Source: an uncultured Terriglobales bacterium
Lineage (GTDB): Bacteria; Acidobacteriota; Terriglobia; Terriglobales; Acidobacteriaceae
NCBI GenBank assembly: GCA_964644115.1
Contig: CAZXVY010000001.1
Coordinates: 1-36,255 of the forward strand
Length of the DNA stretch: 36,255 nucleotides
Direction: 5' to 3'
The stretch's first letter is position 1. Each line of letters starts with the position of its first letter. Positions 25,695 through 34,443 of the stretch are shown here, one piece after another. The notes beneath the pieces are model-generated. The model saw nothing but the letters and a program-made list of their open reading frames with translations. It had not been told where the DNA came from and ran no database searches. The position numbers were made by a program, and so were the translations under genes.

Positions 25695-25742
25695 TCTTCG
25701 AGTCCAGCCGCGGCGCTGCTGGCCGCGTCATTGCTGTTTGAG

Positions 25743-25916
25743 TTTGTCATCCCCTGAGTTCGTCATCCCCTGAAGTTTGTCATCCCGAGCGGAGGCGCGC
25801 AGCGCCGAAGTCGAGGGATCCTGGTTTTGCTTCAAACCACCGTTTCCGTGAACTCCCTCAGAACCCAAGATCCCTCGACTGCGCCCGCCGCGGCGGGCTT
25901 CGCTCGGGATGACAAA
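25743..25916. repeat. Cluster of REP-like elements: two partial units (tttgtcatcccctgag, ttcgtcatcccctgaag), one full inverted copy (25776-25826) and one forward copy (25862-25916)
   Basis: Read directly. The inverted copy is tttgtcatcccgagcggaggcgcgcagcgccgaagtcgagggatcctggtt. The forward copy is aacccaagatccctcgactgcgcccgccgcggcgggcttcgctcgggatgacaaa. Together they form a large palindrome between the convergent comEC and DUF2007 genes. Confidence 0.65.
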
Positions 25917-25917
25917 C

Positions 25918-26205
25918 CTATCCCGTTCCGGTGGGCGCCTCGGTATCCTCGTCGCTTTCCCCGGCGGAGGCGGCGCCGGCGCGGTACTCTTCGATCAGGC
26001 CCCGGGCTTCCTCGGCGCGCTCCGCCGCCACTTGCAGCACCACGCCGCCCAGGCCGGACATCACTTCTCCGGGCGCGTCGGGAGAAACCACCAGGCACTC
26101 CAGGCCCGCCGACTCCAGCAGTCCCTGCACCACCATGGCTTCGGTTTCATTCGCGGTGTCGAACACGGTTTCGAGCTTCTGGTCGGGATTGGGTGCGTCG
26201 CTCAT
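25918..26205 (-). CDS. DUF2007-like small protein (putative signal-transducing, PII-like fold)
   Basis: 95-aa reading from MSDAPNPDQKLETVFDTANETEAMVVQGLLESAGLECLVV...VLQVAAERAEEARGLIEEY, with SD ggagg 7 nt upstream of ATG 26205. The longer track ORF (to 26490) lacks support. Confidence 0.65.
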   Translation of the reverse strand: MSDAPNPDQKLETVFDTANETEAMVVQGLLESAGLECLVVSPDAPGEVMSGLGGVVLQVAAERAEEARGLIEEYRAGAASAGESDEDTEAPTGTG

Positions 26206-26301
26206 AGGGTCGCCTCCGGCTCCTCGCTGGTCACGGACGCCGCCTTGCAGGCGGGTGTAACATGCAGTTCCGGGCAGCGCGTGCCTGCGCGGAAGTTGCG
26301 G

Positions 26302-26643
26302 ATGCAAAGTTTCGCTCATTTCCCGCTCTTTCACAAGAGGCGCGCCGAAGCCACCGTGGAAACACCGCACCAAAGACGCGAACCCGCGCTGCTGGAAGCC
26401 GGCAGCGAGCCGGCCCCTGGCGAAGCCGAACCACGCCGTCTGCGCCGCCTGCAGATCATGATCTCCATGGTGATGTCGGTGATCGGCCAAGACCCGAACC
26501 TCACCCTGGAGGAGGCCTCCGAACTGGTGGCCGGCGCGCGCCGTGCCGCCCTGGCCATGTTTCCCGGCAAGGAACTCGCGTTCGACATTATTTATAAGCC
26601 CCGCCTGCAGCGCCTGCTGCGCGAACGCTTCAACGTGCAGTAG
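26302..26643 (+). CDS. Possible small hypothetical protein (start uncertain: ATG 26302 or ATG 26458)
   Basis: This is the C-terminal part of track ORF 25909..26643. The 5' part of that ORF overlaps the DUF2007 gene on the other strand, so only the distal portion can be real. The last ~60 aa (MISMVMSVIGQDPNLTLEEASELVAGARRAALAMFPGKELAFDIIYKPRLQRLLRERF) look protein-like. Confidence 0.3.
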   Translation: MQSFAHFPLFHKRRAEATVETPHQRREPALLEAGSEPAPGEAEPRRLRRLQIMISMVMSVIGQDPNLTLEEASELVAGARRAALAMFPGKELAFDIIYKPRLQRLLRERFNVQ

Positions 26644-26663
26644 GGACGCGGCCTGCGAAAAGC

Positions 26664-26692
26664 AGATCCCTCGCTACGCTCGGGATGACAAA
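26664..26692. repeat. Minimal REP-like copy gatccctcgctacgctcgggatgacaa (no inner hairpin)
   Basis: Same termini as the 7823, 25776 and 25862 copies. Confidence 0.5.
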
Positions 26693-26723
26693 GAGTCTGT
26701 CGCCCTTTCGGCGCCCTCGGCGG

Positions 26724-26752
26724 TTGACTGTCTTCTGATCCGCTGCTAGATT
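26724..26752 (+). promoter_or_regulatory. Near-consensus sigma-70-type promoter TTGACT-17 nt-TAGATT upstream of the aminotransferase gene
   Basis: Read directly: ttgact at 26724-26729, a 17-nt spacer, and tagatt at 26747-26752. The ATG is at 26775. Confidence 0.45.
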
Positions 26753-26774
26753 TGCCCACTTCGCCCAGGCATCC

Positions 26775-27956
26775 ATGTCACCCAAGAGCAACACTCCAGA
26801 GTCATCCGGTCCGCTGGCGCCCGCGGCCGATTTTCCCGATCTGCAGAAGCTCACTTATCTGAACTCGGCGTCGGTGGCGGTGACTCCAGTGCCGGTGCAG
26901 CGGGAGATCCAGGCGTTCGAAGCGCAGATTGCCGGGCAGGGCACGGTGAGCTTCGACGACGCCGCCGAGGCCCGGGTCTACGAGGGCGCGCGCGGCTCGG
27001 TGGCGCGCTTGATCGGCGCCGGCGTGGACGACGTGGCCATCATGACCAGCGCCACCGAATGCATCGCGCAAGTGGCCGGCTGGCTGCGCCCGCGCGCCGG
27101 GCAGAACGTGGTCTCGCTCGACATCGAGTTTCCCAGCGTCACCTATCCCTGGCTGCGCATTGCCAAGGACACCGGAGCGGAAGTGCGGCTGGCGCCCATC
27201 TCGAAGAATCCTGAAGCGCTTACGGAAGATGACATCGCCAAGCTGGTGGACAGGAACACGGTGGCGGTGTGCGTGAGCCACGTGCAGTACGCCACCGGGC
27301 ACCGGCTCGATCCGGCGAAGCTGGCGGACATCGCGCACGCGCACGGCGCGCTTCTGGTGCTCGATGCTACGCAGTCCGTGGGCGTGGTTCCGCTCGACGT
27401 GCGCACTGCGAAGCTCGACGTGGTGCTGAGCAGCGCCTACAAGTGGCTGTGCGGCCCGTTCGGCGCGGCGTTCTGCTATCTGCATCCGGAAATCTGGCCG
27501 CGCTTCGAGCCGCCGTTCGTGGGCCCGCGCGGCACCGTGGATCCCTTCGTCTTCGACGCCACCCAGATCCCGCTGGCCGCGTCCGCGCGCCGCATGGAGT
27601 ACTCTACCGTCGCCTACGCCGCCGGTTTGGGGATGGCGTCGGCCATGGACTATCTGCTGAACATCGGCATCGATCGCATCCTGGCCCACAACCTGCGCCT
27701 GACCTCGCGCCTGATGGACGGCCTGGAAGTCCTGGGCGCCGCCATGGTCACTCCGCGCGATCCCCAGCGGCGCGCGGGAGTGCTGGCCGCGCGGTTTGCG
27801 AAATTCCCTTCCGCTGACATCGTCACCCGCCTGCGCGCTGCCGGAATCGTGTGCGCCTCGCGCCTGGGTGCGGTGCGCTTCTCGCCGCACATCTATAACG
27901 ACGATAAGGACGTGGAGCGCTGCCTGGCGGAAGTCGCACGCATCGTGAAGAGCTGA
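26775..27956 (+). CDS. Class-V aminotransferase / cysteine desulfurase-like PLP enzyme
   Basis: Motifs LNSASVA, VSHVQYATG, LVLDATQSVG and SAYKWLCGPFG (PLP-lysine motif S-x-x-K). Length is ~390 aa. Confidence 0.87.
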   Translation: MSPKSNTPESSGPLAPAADFPDLQKLTYLNSASVAVTPVPVQREIQAFEAQIAGQGTVSFDDAAEARVYEGARGSVARLIGAGVDDVAIMTSATECIAQVAGWLRPRAGQNVVSLDIEFPSVTYPWLRIAKDTGAEVRLAPISKNPEALTEDDIAKLVDRNTVAVCVSHVQYATGHRLDPAKLADIAHAHGALLVLDATQSVGVVPLDVRTAKLDVVLSSAYKWLCGPFGAAFCYLHPEIWPRFEPPFVGPRGTVDPFVFDATQIPLAASARRMEYSTVAYAAGLGMASAMDYLLNIGIDRILAHNLRLTSRLMDGLEVLGAAMVTPRDPQRRAGVLAARFAKFPSADIVTRLRAAGIVCASRLGAVRFSPHIYNDDKDVERCLAEVARIVKS

Positions 27957-27959
27957 AAC

Positions 27960-28859
27960 CTAGCGCTGCTCGATCCGCTCCAGGCGGAAAGTGAGTGTGC
28001 CCCAGACCATGCGCGCGCGCATCTGCACTGGGAGGCGGCTGGCGTCGTCGGAATACCAGATCCACACCTGGCCGCGCTCCTCGGGCGCCGGGCCCACGCG
28101 CAGCGTCTGGAAGGTGCCGGCCGGGACCTGGATCTCTTCGCGGTCTTCGACCAGCGCGCGCACATCCACCGTCTGGCCGCCGTCGCTGAGGGGAAAGCGG
28201 TAGGTGTCGCCGGGTTCGAGGGGCAGCGAGCGCAGGTAGTAGATGGCGGAAACCACGTCGGTGACGCAGGCGGGCGTGTCGTTCTCCACTTTCTTGACGG
28301 CGCCCGACTTCAGGTTCTTTTCCTCCAGCACGCTCTTGCGGCGGGCAGCATCGAAGCGAATCGAAGTCTCGCGCCGCCGGTAGCCTTCCTCGGTGTGCTT
28401 GGCGATCTGCCGCGAACAGAAGGTGCGGGGATCGAGGAAGGCCTCAAAGCGGTCGCGCACGGCGTAGAGCAGCGAAACCACGCCGGTGGAACTGGCGCTG
28501 GCCGTGACCCGCTGCTCGCGTCCCGCCGCCTCGGTGCGCAGCGTGGCCACGCCCGCGTCGAAAATGCGCCAGTCCACCTGGTAGACCAAAGTCTCGCCGT
28601 TGGGGAAGCGGTGCCCGTGCTGCGGGGGACGAATCTCGGAGGCCGGCTCGTTGGTCGCTGGTGCCTCGGCGGCCGTTTCATGCGGGGAACCGGCGGTCGC
28701 CGGTGCTTCGGCTGCCGGTTCCTGCGGGGCGGCGGGAGGCGTTGCGGTTTCCTGGGCGCGGTGGGCGATGGGTGACAGCAGGACCATGCTCAGAGCGAGC
28801 AAGACTGCCGCAATCGGGGTCGCGCTCCCAGGCTCGGAATGACGGAAGTGGAACCTCAT
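27960..28859 (-). CDS. DUF3108-like secreted/outer-membrane-associated protein
   Basis: Starts at MRFHFRH with signal-like segment IAAVLLALSMVLLSPIAHRAQE, then a Pro/Ala/Glu-rich linker and a beta-rich body (LVYQVDWRIFDAGVATLR...VWIWYSDD...MVWGTLTFRLERI). The 461-aa track ORF extension overlaps the upstream gene in another frame, so I rejected it. Confidence 0.65.
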   Translation of the reverse strand: MRFHFRHSEPGSATPIAAVLLALSMVLLSPIAHRAQETATPPAAPQEPAAEAPATAGSPHETAAEAPATNEPASEIRPPQHGHRFPNGETLVYQVDWRIFDAGVATLRTEAAGREQRVTASASSTGVVSLLYAVRDRFEAFLDPRTFCSRQIAKHTEEGYRRRETSIRFDAARRKSVLEEKNLKSGAVKKVENDTPACVTDVVSAIYYLRSLPLEPGDTYRFPLSDGGQTVDVRALVEDREEIQVPAGTFQTLRVGPAPEERGQVWIWYSDDASRLPVQMRARMVWGTLTFRLERIEQR

Positions 28860-28873
28860 CAGGGTAAACAAGA

Positions 28874-29416
28874 TCAGGGGAACCACAGGATTTTCACCGC
28901 CAGCGCCGCCATCATCGCTACGGCGCCCAGCACGGCATTGTACTCGCGGTGCCGGCGGTAGAGTTCCCAGGAAAAACTCCCCTGCACGCCGGCTTTTCTG
29001 CGCACACGGGGCAGCAAGCGCGGCACGCGGCTGGCGTATTCCTCGAACTCCGGGAAGCTGCGGCGCAAGTAGTCCTCCTCGGAGCGGATTACGGGCAAGT
29101 ACACGCCCACAAACAGGAGCAACATCAGCAACACCACCCAGGGACTGCGCGCAGCCGAGGCAAATCCGGCAGCCAGGATGAGCGAGCCCAGGTAGAGCGG
29201 GTTGCGGGTGTAGGCGTAGGGGCCGGTGGTGGCGAGTTCGGTGTCCTTGTGTACGTGGCCGGAAGCCACGGCGCGCAGCCACAGTCCGGGAATCGCGATC
29301 AGGCCGCCGGCGGCCATCGAGTTCCACTCCGGGTGCGCCAGCCACAAATACACGGCGGCAAAGGCGAAGCTCAGCGGCACGCGGATGCGCCGCGCAGTCT
29401 GCTGCCAGCTAGCCAT
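28874..29416 (-). CDS. ICMT/PEMT-family membrane methyltransferase (isoprenylcysteine carboxyl methyltransferase-like)
   Basis: 180 aa with 4-5 TM. Motifs are LATTGPYAYTRNPLYLGSLILAAGF and EEDYLRRSFPEFEEYASRVP, typical of this family. It overlaps the upstream GT9 gene stop by 8 nt. Confidence 0.8.
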   Translation of the reverse strand: MASWQQTARRIRVPLSFAFAAVYLWLAHPEWNSMAAGGLIAIPGLWLRAVASGHVHKDTELATTGPYAYTRNPLYLGSLILAAGFASAARSPWVVLLMLLLFVGVYLPVIRSEEDYLRRSFPEFEEYASRVPRLLPRVRRKAGVQGSFSWELYRRHREYNAVLGAVAMMAALAVKILWFP

Positions 29417-30455
29417 TGCCGCCCTTCAAGAGTTTCCGCGCTGCCTCCACCACCTGGTCCACGGTTATAGCGGTGAGACCCGGGTCTTCCCTCGCGACGT
29501 GCGAGTAGGACGTGCGGCTTTCGGCGCTGCGCAACACCGCCGAGCGGGTTGCGTAGGGCCCGTTGCGCTCAGGATCGGTGGGGCCAAACAGGGCCACCAC
29601 GGGAATGCCCAGGGCCGCTGCTAAGTGCATCGGGCCGGAGTCTCCGCCGATGAACAGCTTTGCCCGGCGGGTGAGGGCGATAAGCAGGCCGAGAGTGCAG
29701 GGCACACTCACGGCCGCGCCGCCGCTGGCCGCTTCCACTTCACGCGCCAGCTTCGCTTCTCCCGGCCCGGTGTTGATGAAGGCCGCCAGGCCGTCAGCGG
29801 CCAGGCGCTTGGCGACTTCTCCGTAACGCTCCGCGGGCCAGCGTTTTGCTCCCCAGCCCACGCCCGGACTGAGCAGCGCGTAGTCAAACCGGCCGCGCTT
29901 GCGCAACTCGAGCTGGCACCAGGCGTCGGTCCCGCGGTCGAGCGGAAGCTCGGAAGGCGCGGGAGCGATGTTCTCCGCCACTGCGGCTACGAGTTCGAGA
30001 TTTTGCTCGATCACGTGCTTCGCGGAAACGGTCAGCGCGCGCTTGTAGAACATGGCCGCTGGAGCTTCCCGCGTCTTCGCAAAGCCGATGACCTCGCGCG
30101 CCCCGCTGAGCGCGGCCAGCAGGCCGGACTTCATGGACCCCTGCAGGTCAATCGCGACTTCGTACTTTGCGGCGCGGATGCGGCGCAGGGTGCTGGCCGC
30201 CTGCTTCCACTCCCAGCCGGACGGCGAGCGCAGCGCGCGCGTATCCACCTCATACACCACGTCCACCAGCGGCTTGAGGGGAGAACGCGGCGCGGTACGG
30301 GCCTCGCCCGGGGCGCACAGCAGCTCGGCCCAGCGCTGCTCGATGATCCATCCGATTTGCGCCGCGGGCAGGGCGCGACGCAGCGCGGCCACCGCCGGCA
30401 GGGCGTGGAGCACGTCACCCATCGCGCCCAGGCGCACGATCAGGATGCGTTCCAT
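29409..30455 (-). CDS. Glycosyltransferase family 9 (LPS heptosyltransferase, WaaC/WaaF-like)
   Basis: Motifs [66 protein letters not shown] prefer ATG 30455 over the track start 30521, which would overlap hldC heavily. Confidence 0.85.
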   Translation of the reverse strand: MERILIVRLGAMGDVLHALPAVAALRRALPAAQIGWIIEQRWAELLCAPGEARTAPRSPLKPLVDVVYEVDTRALRSPSGWEWKQAASTLRRIRAAKYEVAIDLQGSMKSGLLAALSGAREVIGFAKTREAPAAMFYKRALTVSAKHVIEQNLELVAAVAENIAPAPSELPLDRGTDAWCQLELRKRGRFDYALLSPGVGWGAKRWPAERYGEVAKRLAADGLAAFINTGPGEAKLAREVEAASGGAAVSVPCTLGLLIALTRRAKLFIGGDSGPMHLAAALGIPVVALFGPTDPERNGPYATRSAVLRSAESRTSYSHVAREDPGLTAITVDQVVEAARKLLKGGNG

Positions 30456-30955
30456 TTGCCGATCATTTCGCTGGTGGAGTGGTCCTTCGGGTCGCCGACA
30501 ATCTCCACGCGCCCGCCGCATTCCGCGACCACGTCGCGTTCGGGGACGCTCTCCGCGGTGTAGTCGGTGCCCTTGGCGTGGATGTCGGGACGCACTTCGC
30601 GAATCAGGGCGCGCACGTCGGGCTCATCGAAGATCACCACCGCGTCCACGCTTTCAAGCGCTGCCAGCAGTTCCGCGCGTTCCGCGGCAGGCATGCGCGG
30701 GCGTCCTTCACCCTTCAGCGTGCGCACGCTGGCGTCGGCGTTGACGGCGACGATCAACCGTCCGCCCAGCGCCTTGGCCGCGCGCAAATAGCGCACGTGA
30801 CCCACGTGCAGCACGTCGAAGATGCCGTTGGTCAGGATGACGCGCTCGCCCGCGCGCCGCCACTCGGCCACGCGCGCGCGCAGAGAGGCGCGGTCCATTA
30901 CCTTGCTTGCGCCTGCGCCGGCGTCTTTCATGTCTGGCTTCATGTCTGGCTTCAT
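30440..30955 (-). CDS. hldC: D-glycero-beta-D-manno-heptose 1-phosphate adenylyltransferase (RfaE domain II type)
   Basis: Cytidylyltransferase motif [18 protein letters not shown], plus [16 protein letters not shown] and HAKGTDY. The first ATG overlaps the hldA stop (ATGA). Three in-frame ATGs result from a 12-nt duplication, so the start is ambiguous. Confidence 0.87.
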   Translation of the reverse strand: MKPDMKPDMKDAGAGASKVMDRASLRARVAEWRRAGERVILTNGIFDVLHVGHVRYLRAAKALGGRLIVAVNADASVRTLKGEGRPRMPAAERAELLAALESVDAVVIFDEPDVRALIREVRPDIHAKGTDYTAESVPERDVVAECGGRVEIVGDPKDHSTSEMIGKWNAS

Positions 30956-31989
30956 GCCTGGCCCTTGGCGTCCTGCTCGATGGCGGCGCGCAGTTCCGGA
31001 CGCGACAACGTGGCCGTGCCCCGCTTCATCACCACAATTCCGGCGGCGTAGTTCGCGAGACGCGCCGCGTCTTCGGGAGCGGCGCCGGCCGCGAGCGCCG
31101 CGGTGAAGGTGGCGATTACGGTGTCGCCCGCGCCGGTGACGTCGGCCACCTGGTCGGAACCGAAAATGGGAATCTCAACCGGCCGTTGTCCGGGCGTGAA
31201 CACCACCATGCCGTCGCGTCCGCGGGTGATCAGCAGTTGCTCCAGCTTCATGCGTTTGAGCAGCGTGCGCCCCGCGGCGTGCAGGCGCTCCTGGCCGTTG
31301 CCGATGCGGACCTGAAGAGCAGCTTCCACTTCCGGCTCATTAGGAGTGGCCGCGGTGACACCGGCGTATTCCAACATGCGATAGCGCGAGTCGAGCGTGA
31401 TGGGGATGCTGTTGAGGCGTCCGCCGGCGCGCACCGCCTCCAGGATTTCCGGTGTGGCCGCGCCGTAGCCGTAGTCGGAGATGAGCAGGGCGTCGGAGGT
31501 GCGCGCGCACGCCGAGGCGTTGGCCACCAGGCGCTGCAGCGCGGACGCGGGCGGCTCGCCTTCCGGCTCGCGGTCAATGCGCACCACCTGCTGCCGCGAG
31601 GTGTGCGTCATACCGGCGAGAATGCGCGTCTTGGTGACCGTGCCGTAACCCTTGAGCTTGGCAATGCGGTTCACGGGGATGCGCTTCTCGCGGAAGCGCT
31701 CCAGCAGCAGGCGGCCGGGCTCGTCGTCGCCCACCACGCCCACCGGCAACACCTGCACGTCGAGCGCAGCCAGGTTGTAGACGGCATTGCCGCCGCTGCC
31801 CGGCACCACCGTCTGCTCACGATGTTTCAGGATGAGCACTGGAGCCTCGCGCGAGACGCGGGCAATCTCACCGTAGACAAATTCGTCCGCCACCAGGTCG
31901 CCCAGCACCGTCACCGTGACGCGCGGGAAGGCTTCCACCAGGCGCAGCAGCCTGGCCTTGCGTTCCGCGGCTTGGTTACGCTTCTTCAT
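30952..31989 (-). CDS. hldA: D-glycero-beta-D-manno-heptose 7-phosphate kinase (RfaE domain I type, PfkB family)
   Basis: Motifs [41 protein letters not shown] and [13 protein letters not shown] (PfkB signature). I prefer start ATG 31989 (MKKRNQ), because the upstream track extension translates a repeat. Confidence 0.87.
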   Translation of the reverse strand: MKKRNQAAERKARLLRLVEAFPRVTVTVLGDLVADEFVYGEIARVSREAPVLILKHREQTVVPGSGGNAVYNLAALDVQVLPVGVVGDDEPGRLLLERFREKRIPVNRIAKLKGYGTVTKTRILAGMTHTSRQQVVRIDREPEGEPPASALQRLVANASACARTSDALLISDYGYGAATPEILEAVRAGGRLNSIPITLDSRYRMLEYAGVTAATPNEPEVEAALQVRIGNGQERLHAAGRTLLKRMKLEQLLITRGRDGMVVFTPGQRPVEIPIFGSDQVADVTGAGDTVIATFTAALAAGAAPEDAARLANYAAGIVVMKRGTATLSRPELRAAIEQDAKGQA

Positions 31990-31996
31990 TTCGTGC

Positions 31997-32131
31997 GTGT
32001 GGAAGCGGGCGACCTCGCCCGCGCACCCGCGAGAAGCCCGTCGTTTCGCCAAGAACCCGTGTTACAAACGCGGGCGAGGTCGCCCGCTTGGGCCGGCGCT
32101 GGAAACGCGGGCGAGTCGCCCGCTTCCACAC
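31997..32131. repeat. Three copies of the hairpin motif gcgggcga(n1-2)tcgcccgc in the lpxK-hldA spacer, with complementary outer flanks (gtgtggaagc / gcttccacac)
   Basis: Read directly. The palindromes lie at 32005-32022, 32070-32087 and 32107-32123. Copies 2 and 3 share aaacgcgggcgag. 31997-32006 is the exact reverse complement of 32122-32131. Confidence 0.6.
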
Positions 32132-32143
32132 GGCCCGATTCTC

Positions 32144-33103
32144 TCATGCCCGCGCCGCCCGCCGTTCAGCGATCTTGTCGAGCATGGCAGCGAGGGCGGC
32201 GGTGGCGTCCAGGAGCTCCATCTTTACCGGGACCACCACCAGCGGCTCGAGCGCCGAAAGATACCCGCCCAGGTTGACCGCGTCTTTCTCGGTGGTGACG
32301 AAGCCGCCGGCGCCGCTTGACTGGCGCAGGGCCAGCAATTCGCGGATGTCTTTCTCGCCGTAGGCATGGTGGTCGCGATACACGGCGTGGGCCGCGGGCT
32401 CGACCCCCGCGGTGCGCAGTTGCAGGAAGAAATTCTTCGGGCGGGCAATGCCGCAGAAAGCCACGGGCCGGTCGGGAATCTTGACCGGGGCAATGCCCCG
32501 GCGCACGCGCCACAACAGCTTGGCGGTGTTGTCGGCGGCGGCGGGGAAATCCTGCGGCGCGGCGCCACTGGCCAGCACCACGGCGTCCGCCCGCGCGAGC
32601 GCGCTCAACGGCTCGCGCAGGCGCCCGGCGGGCAGCAGGCGGTCGCGGGCGTCGTCGGGGGTGACCAGCACGATGTCGAAATCGCGCGCCAAGCCGCGGT
32701 GCTGGAAGCCGTCGTCGAGCAAATGGAGCTGCTCGCCGAACTTTTCCTCCGCCAGCCGCCCGGCCGCGTAGCGGTCTTCGCCAACGATGACGGGCACGTT
32801 GAGCCGCCGCGCGATGAGCAGCGGCTCGTCGCCGAAATCCTGCGGAAGCCCGCCTGGATCCACCACGCGCACGCCGCTGCGACGGCGTCCGTAGCCGCGC
32901 GAGAGCACATCGAAGCGCACGCCGCGCTCGGCAAGCAATCCGCCCAGCAGGATCACGAAGGGCGTCTTGCCCGCTCCGCCGACGGAAAGGTTGCCGATGC
33001 TGACCACCGGGCCCGCCAGCCGTTGCGCCTTGATGGTGCCGTTGTCGTAGAGCGCGTTGCGTGCGCCCACCACGGCGCCGAAGATGGATTCCAGCGGATT
33101 CAT
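32144..33103 (-). CDS. lpxK: Tetraacyldisaccharide 4'-kinase
   Basis: P-loop VVSIGNLSVGGAGKTP, plus VLSRGYGRR and FDIVLV(D/T)DGFQH-type motifs (LLDDGFQHRGL). It overlaps the waaA stop by 4 nt. Confidence 0.9.
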   Translation of the reverse strand: MNPLESIFGAVVGARNALYDNGTIKAQRLAGPVVSIGNLSVGGAGKTPFVILLGGLLAERGVRFDVLSRGYGRRRSGVRVVDPGGLPQDFGDEPLLIARRLNVPVIVGEDRYAAGRLAEEKFGEQLHLLDDGFQHRGLARDFDIVLVTPDDARDRLLPAGRLREPLSALARADAVVLASGAAPQDFPAAADNTAKLLWRVRRGIAPVKIPDRPVAFCGIARPKNFFLQLRTAGVEPAAHAVYRDHHAYGEKDIRELLALRQSSGAGGFVTTEKDAVNLGGYLSALEPLVVVPVKMELLDATAALAAMLDKIAERRAARA

Positions 33104-34431
33104 TGCGCCGCCTTCTCCGTCACCGGTCGCCCGCCGGACGCGGGGGTCGCGGTTGGGAGCAGCAACTCGAGCGCCGCAAGCGTGCGGGCGGTGGCGCCAG
33201 CCTGCGCGCGGAAGACTTCGGCGGCTCGGCGTCCCAGAGCGTCGCGTCCAGTACCGTCAGCCAGCAGTTCCAGCATGGTGTCGGCCAGGTTGTCGGGAGT
33301 TACCACGCGCAGGGCCTGGGCGCGCGCGAAGATTCCGATGATGTCGCGGAAATTGCCGGTATGCGGCCCCACCAGGATGGGTACACCGTGCTGCGCGGGC
33401 TCGAGGATGTTGTGTCCGCCGCGCGCCACCAGGCTTCCGCCCACAAACGCCAGCGATGCCAGGCCATACACCGATGCCAGTTCGCCCAGGGTGTCGAGCA
33501 CCAGCACGCCGCCCTGCATGGCTTCCTCCGGCTTGAGCTGCGATCTTCGCCAGCAGCGGAGGCCGGAAGCCGCAAATTCCTGCGCCACCGCGTCGAAACG
33601 CTCGGGATGGCGCGGGGCCACGATGAACACTGCCCCCGGATATTGCGAGCGCACCGCTTCGAATGCCCGCCGCAGAATTGCCTCTTCGCCTTCGAGCGTG
33701 CTGCCGCAGACCACCACGGGGCGCCCGCCGCCGCGCTCCAGCGCGGCGCGCAGCAGCGACGTCCCCGCCGATGCCGTGGCTGCCTTCACGTCGAACTTCA
33801 GGTTTCCGGCCACGCGGACTCGGTCTTGGGCCGCGCCGATCTCCACCAGTCGCCGGGCGTCTTCCTCACTCTGCGCCAGGAACAGGTCCAGGTCGCGCAG
33901 TACGCCCCGGAGAAGTCCGCGCCAGCGCCGGTATCCCGGCAAGGAGCGGTCGGAAATGCGGGCGTTCACCACCGCCAGGCGCGCGCCGCCGGCTTTGGCC
34001 AGGCGCAGGAAGTTTGGCCAGAACTCGGTCTCCGCCAGCACCACCAGTTCGGGCTGCAGGGCGCGGAGGTAGGCGCGCACGGCGAACGCGAAGTCGAGAG
34101 GGAAATAGAAGACGTTCTCTTCGCCGAAACGCCCGCGAGCCAGAGCCTGCCCGGTCGCCGTGGTGGTTGAGACCAAAATCCGCCGGCCGGGAAACTGCCG
34201 GTGGAGTTCCGCCACCAGAGCACTCACCGCCAGCACTTCTCCCACCGACACGGCGTGGATCCAGATGGAGCCGGAGGCTCCCGCGCCGCCCACCAGGAGA
34301 CGCTGGGGCACGCGGCCCAAACGTTCGGCGAGCCCGGCGCGGTACTTGTGGCGCCACAGCATGCGCCACAGCCACCAGGGAGCGCTCGCCAGCAGCGCCA
34401 GGGCCAGCGCCGCGCTGTAGAGAAGATACAT
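33100..34431 (-). CDS. waaA: 3-deoxy-D-manno-octulosonic acid (Kdo) transferase
   Basis: N-terminal TM segment, then WIHAVSVGE, TTTATG, E(T)EFWPN and GGSLV..GGHN(I/P)LEPA motifs. Confidence 0.9.
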   Translation of the reverse strand: MYLLYSAALALALLASAPWWLWRMLWRHKYRAGLAERLGRVPQRLLVGGAGASGSIWIHAVSVGEVLAVSALVAELHRQFPGRRILVSTTTATGQALARGRFGEENVFYFPLDFAFAVRAYLRALQPELVVLAETEFWPNFLRLAKAGGARLAVVNARISDRSLPGYRRWRGLLRGVLRDLDLFLAQSEEDARRLVEIGAAQDRVRVAGNLKFDVKAATASAGTSLLRAALERGGGRPVVVCGSTLEGEEAILRRAFEAVRSQYPGAVFIVAPRHPERFDAVAQEFAASGLRCWRRSQLKPEEAMQGGVLVLDTLGELASVYGLASLAFVGGSLVARGGHNILEPAQHGVPILVGPHTGNFRDIIGIFARAQALRVVTPDNLADTMLELLADGTGRDALGRRAAEVFRAQAGATARTLAALELLLPTATPASGGRPVTEKAAQ

Positions 34432-34443
34432 GCGGCAACCATT

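Noticed and set aside
25909-26643. 244-aa plus-strand ORF and the 190-aa minus ORF 25918..26490 as full-length genes
   Set aside because: They overlap each other extensively and begin inside REP-like repeats. Only the DUF2007-like distal part (with SD) and possibly the last ~60-110 codons of the plus ORF are credible.
28826-28845. gctcggaatgac resembling the REP-like terminus gctcgggatgacaa
   Set aside because: It is a partial match inside the N-terminal coding region of the DUF3108-like gene. It has no partner gatccctcg half, so it is likely chance.
27960-29345. 461-aa version of the DUF3108-like ORF
   Set aside because: The upstream 160 codons overlap the ICMT-like gene in another frame and are Arg/Gly-rich. 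An internal Met (28859) followed by a signal peptide gives a sensible protein.
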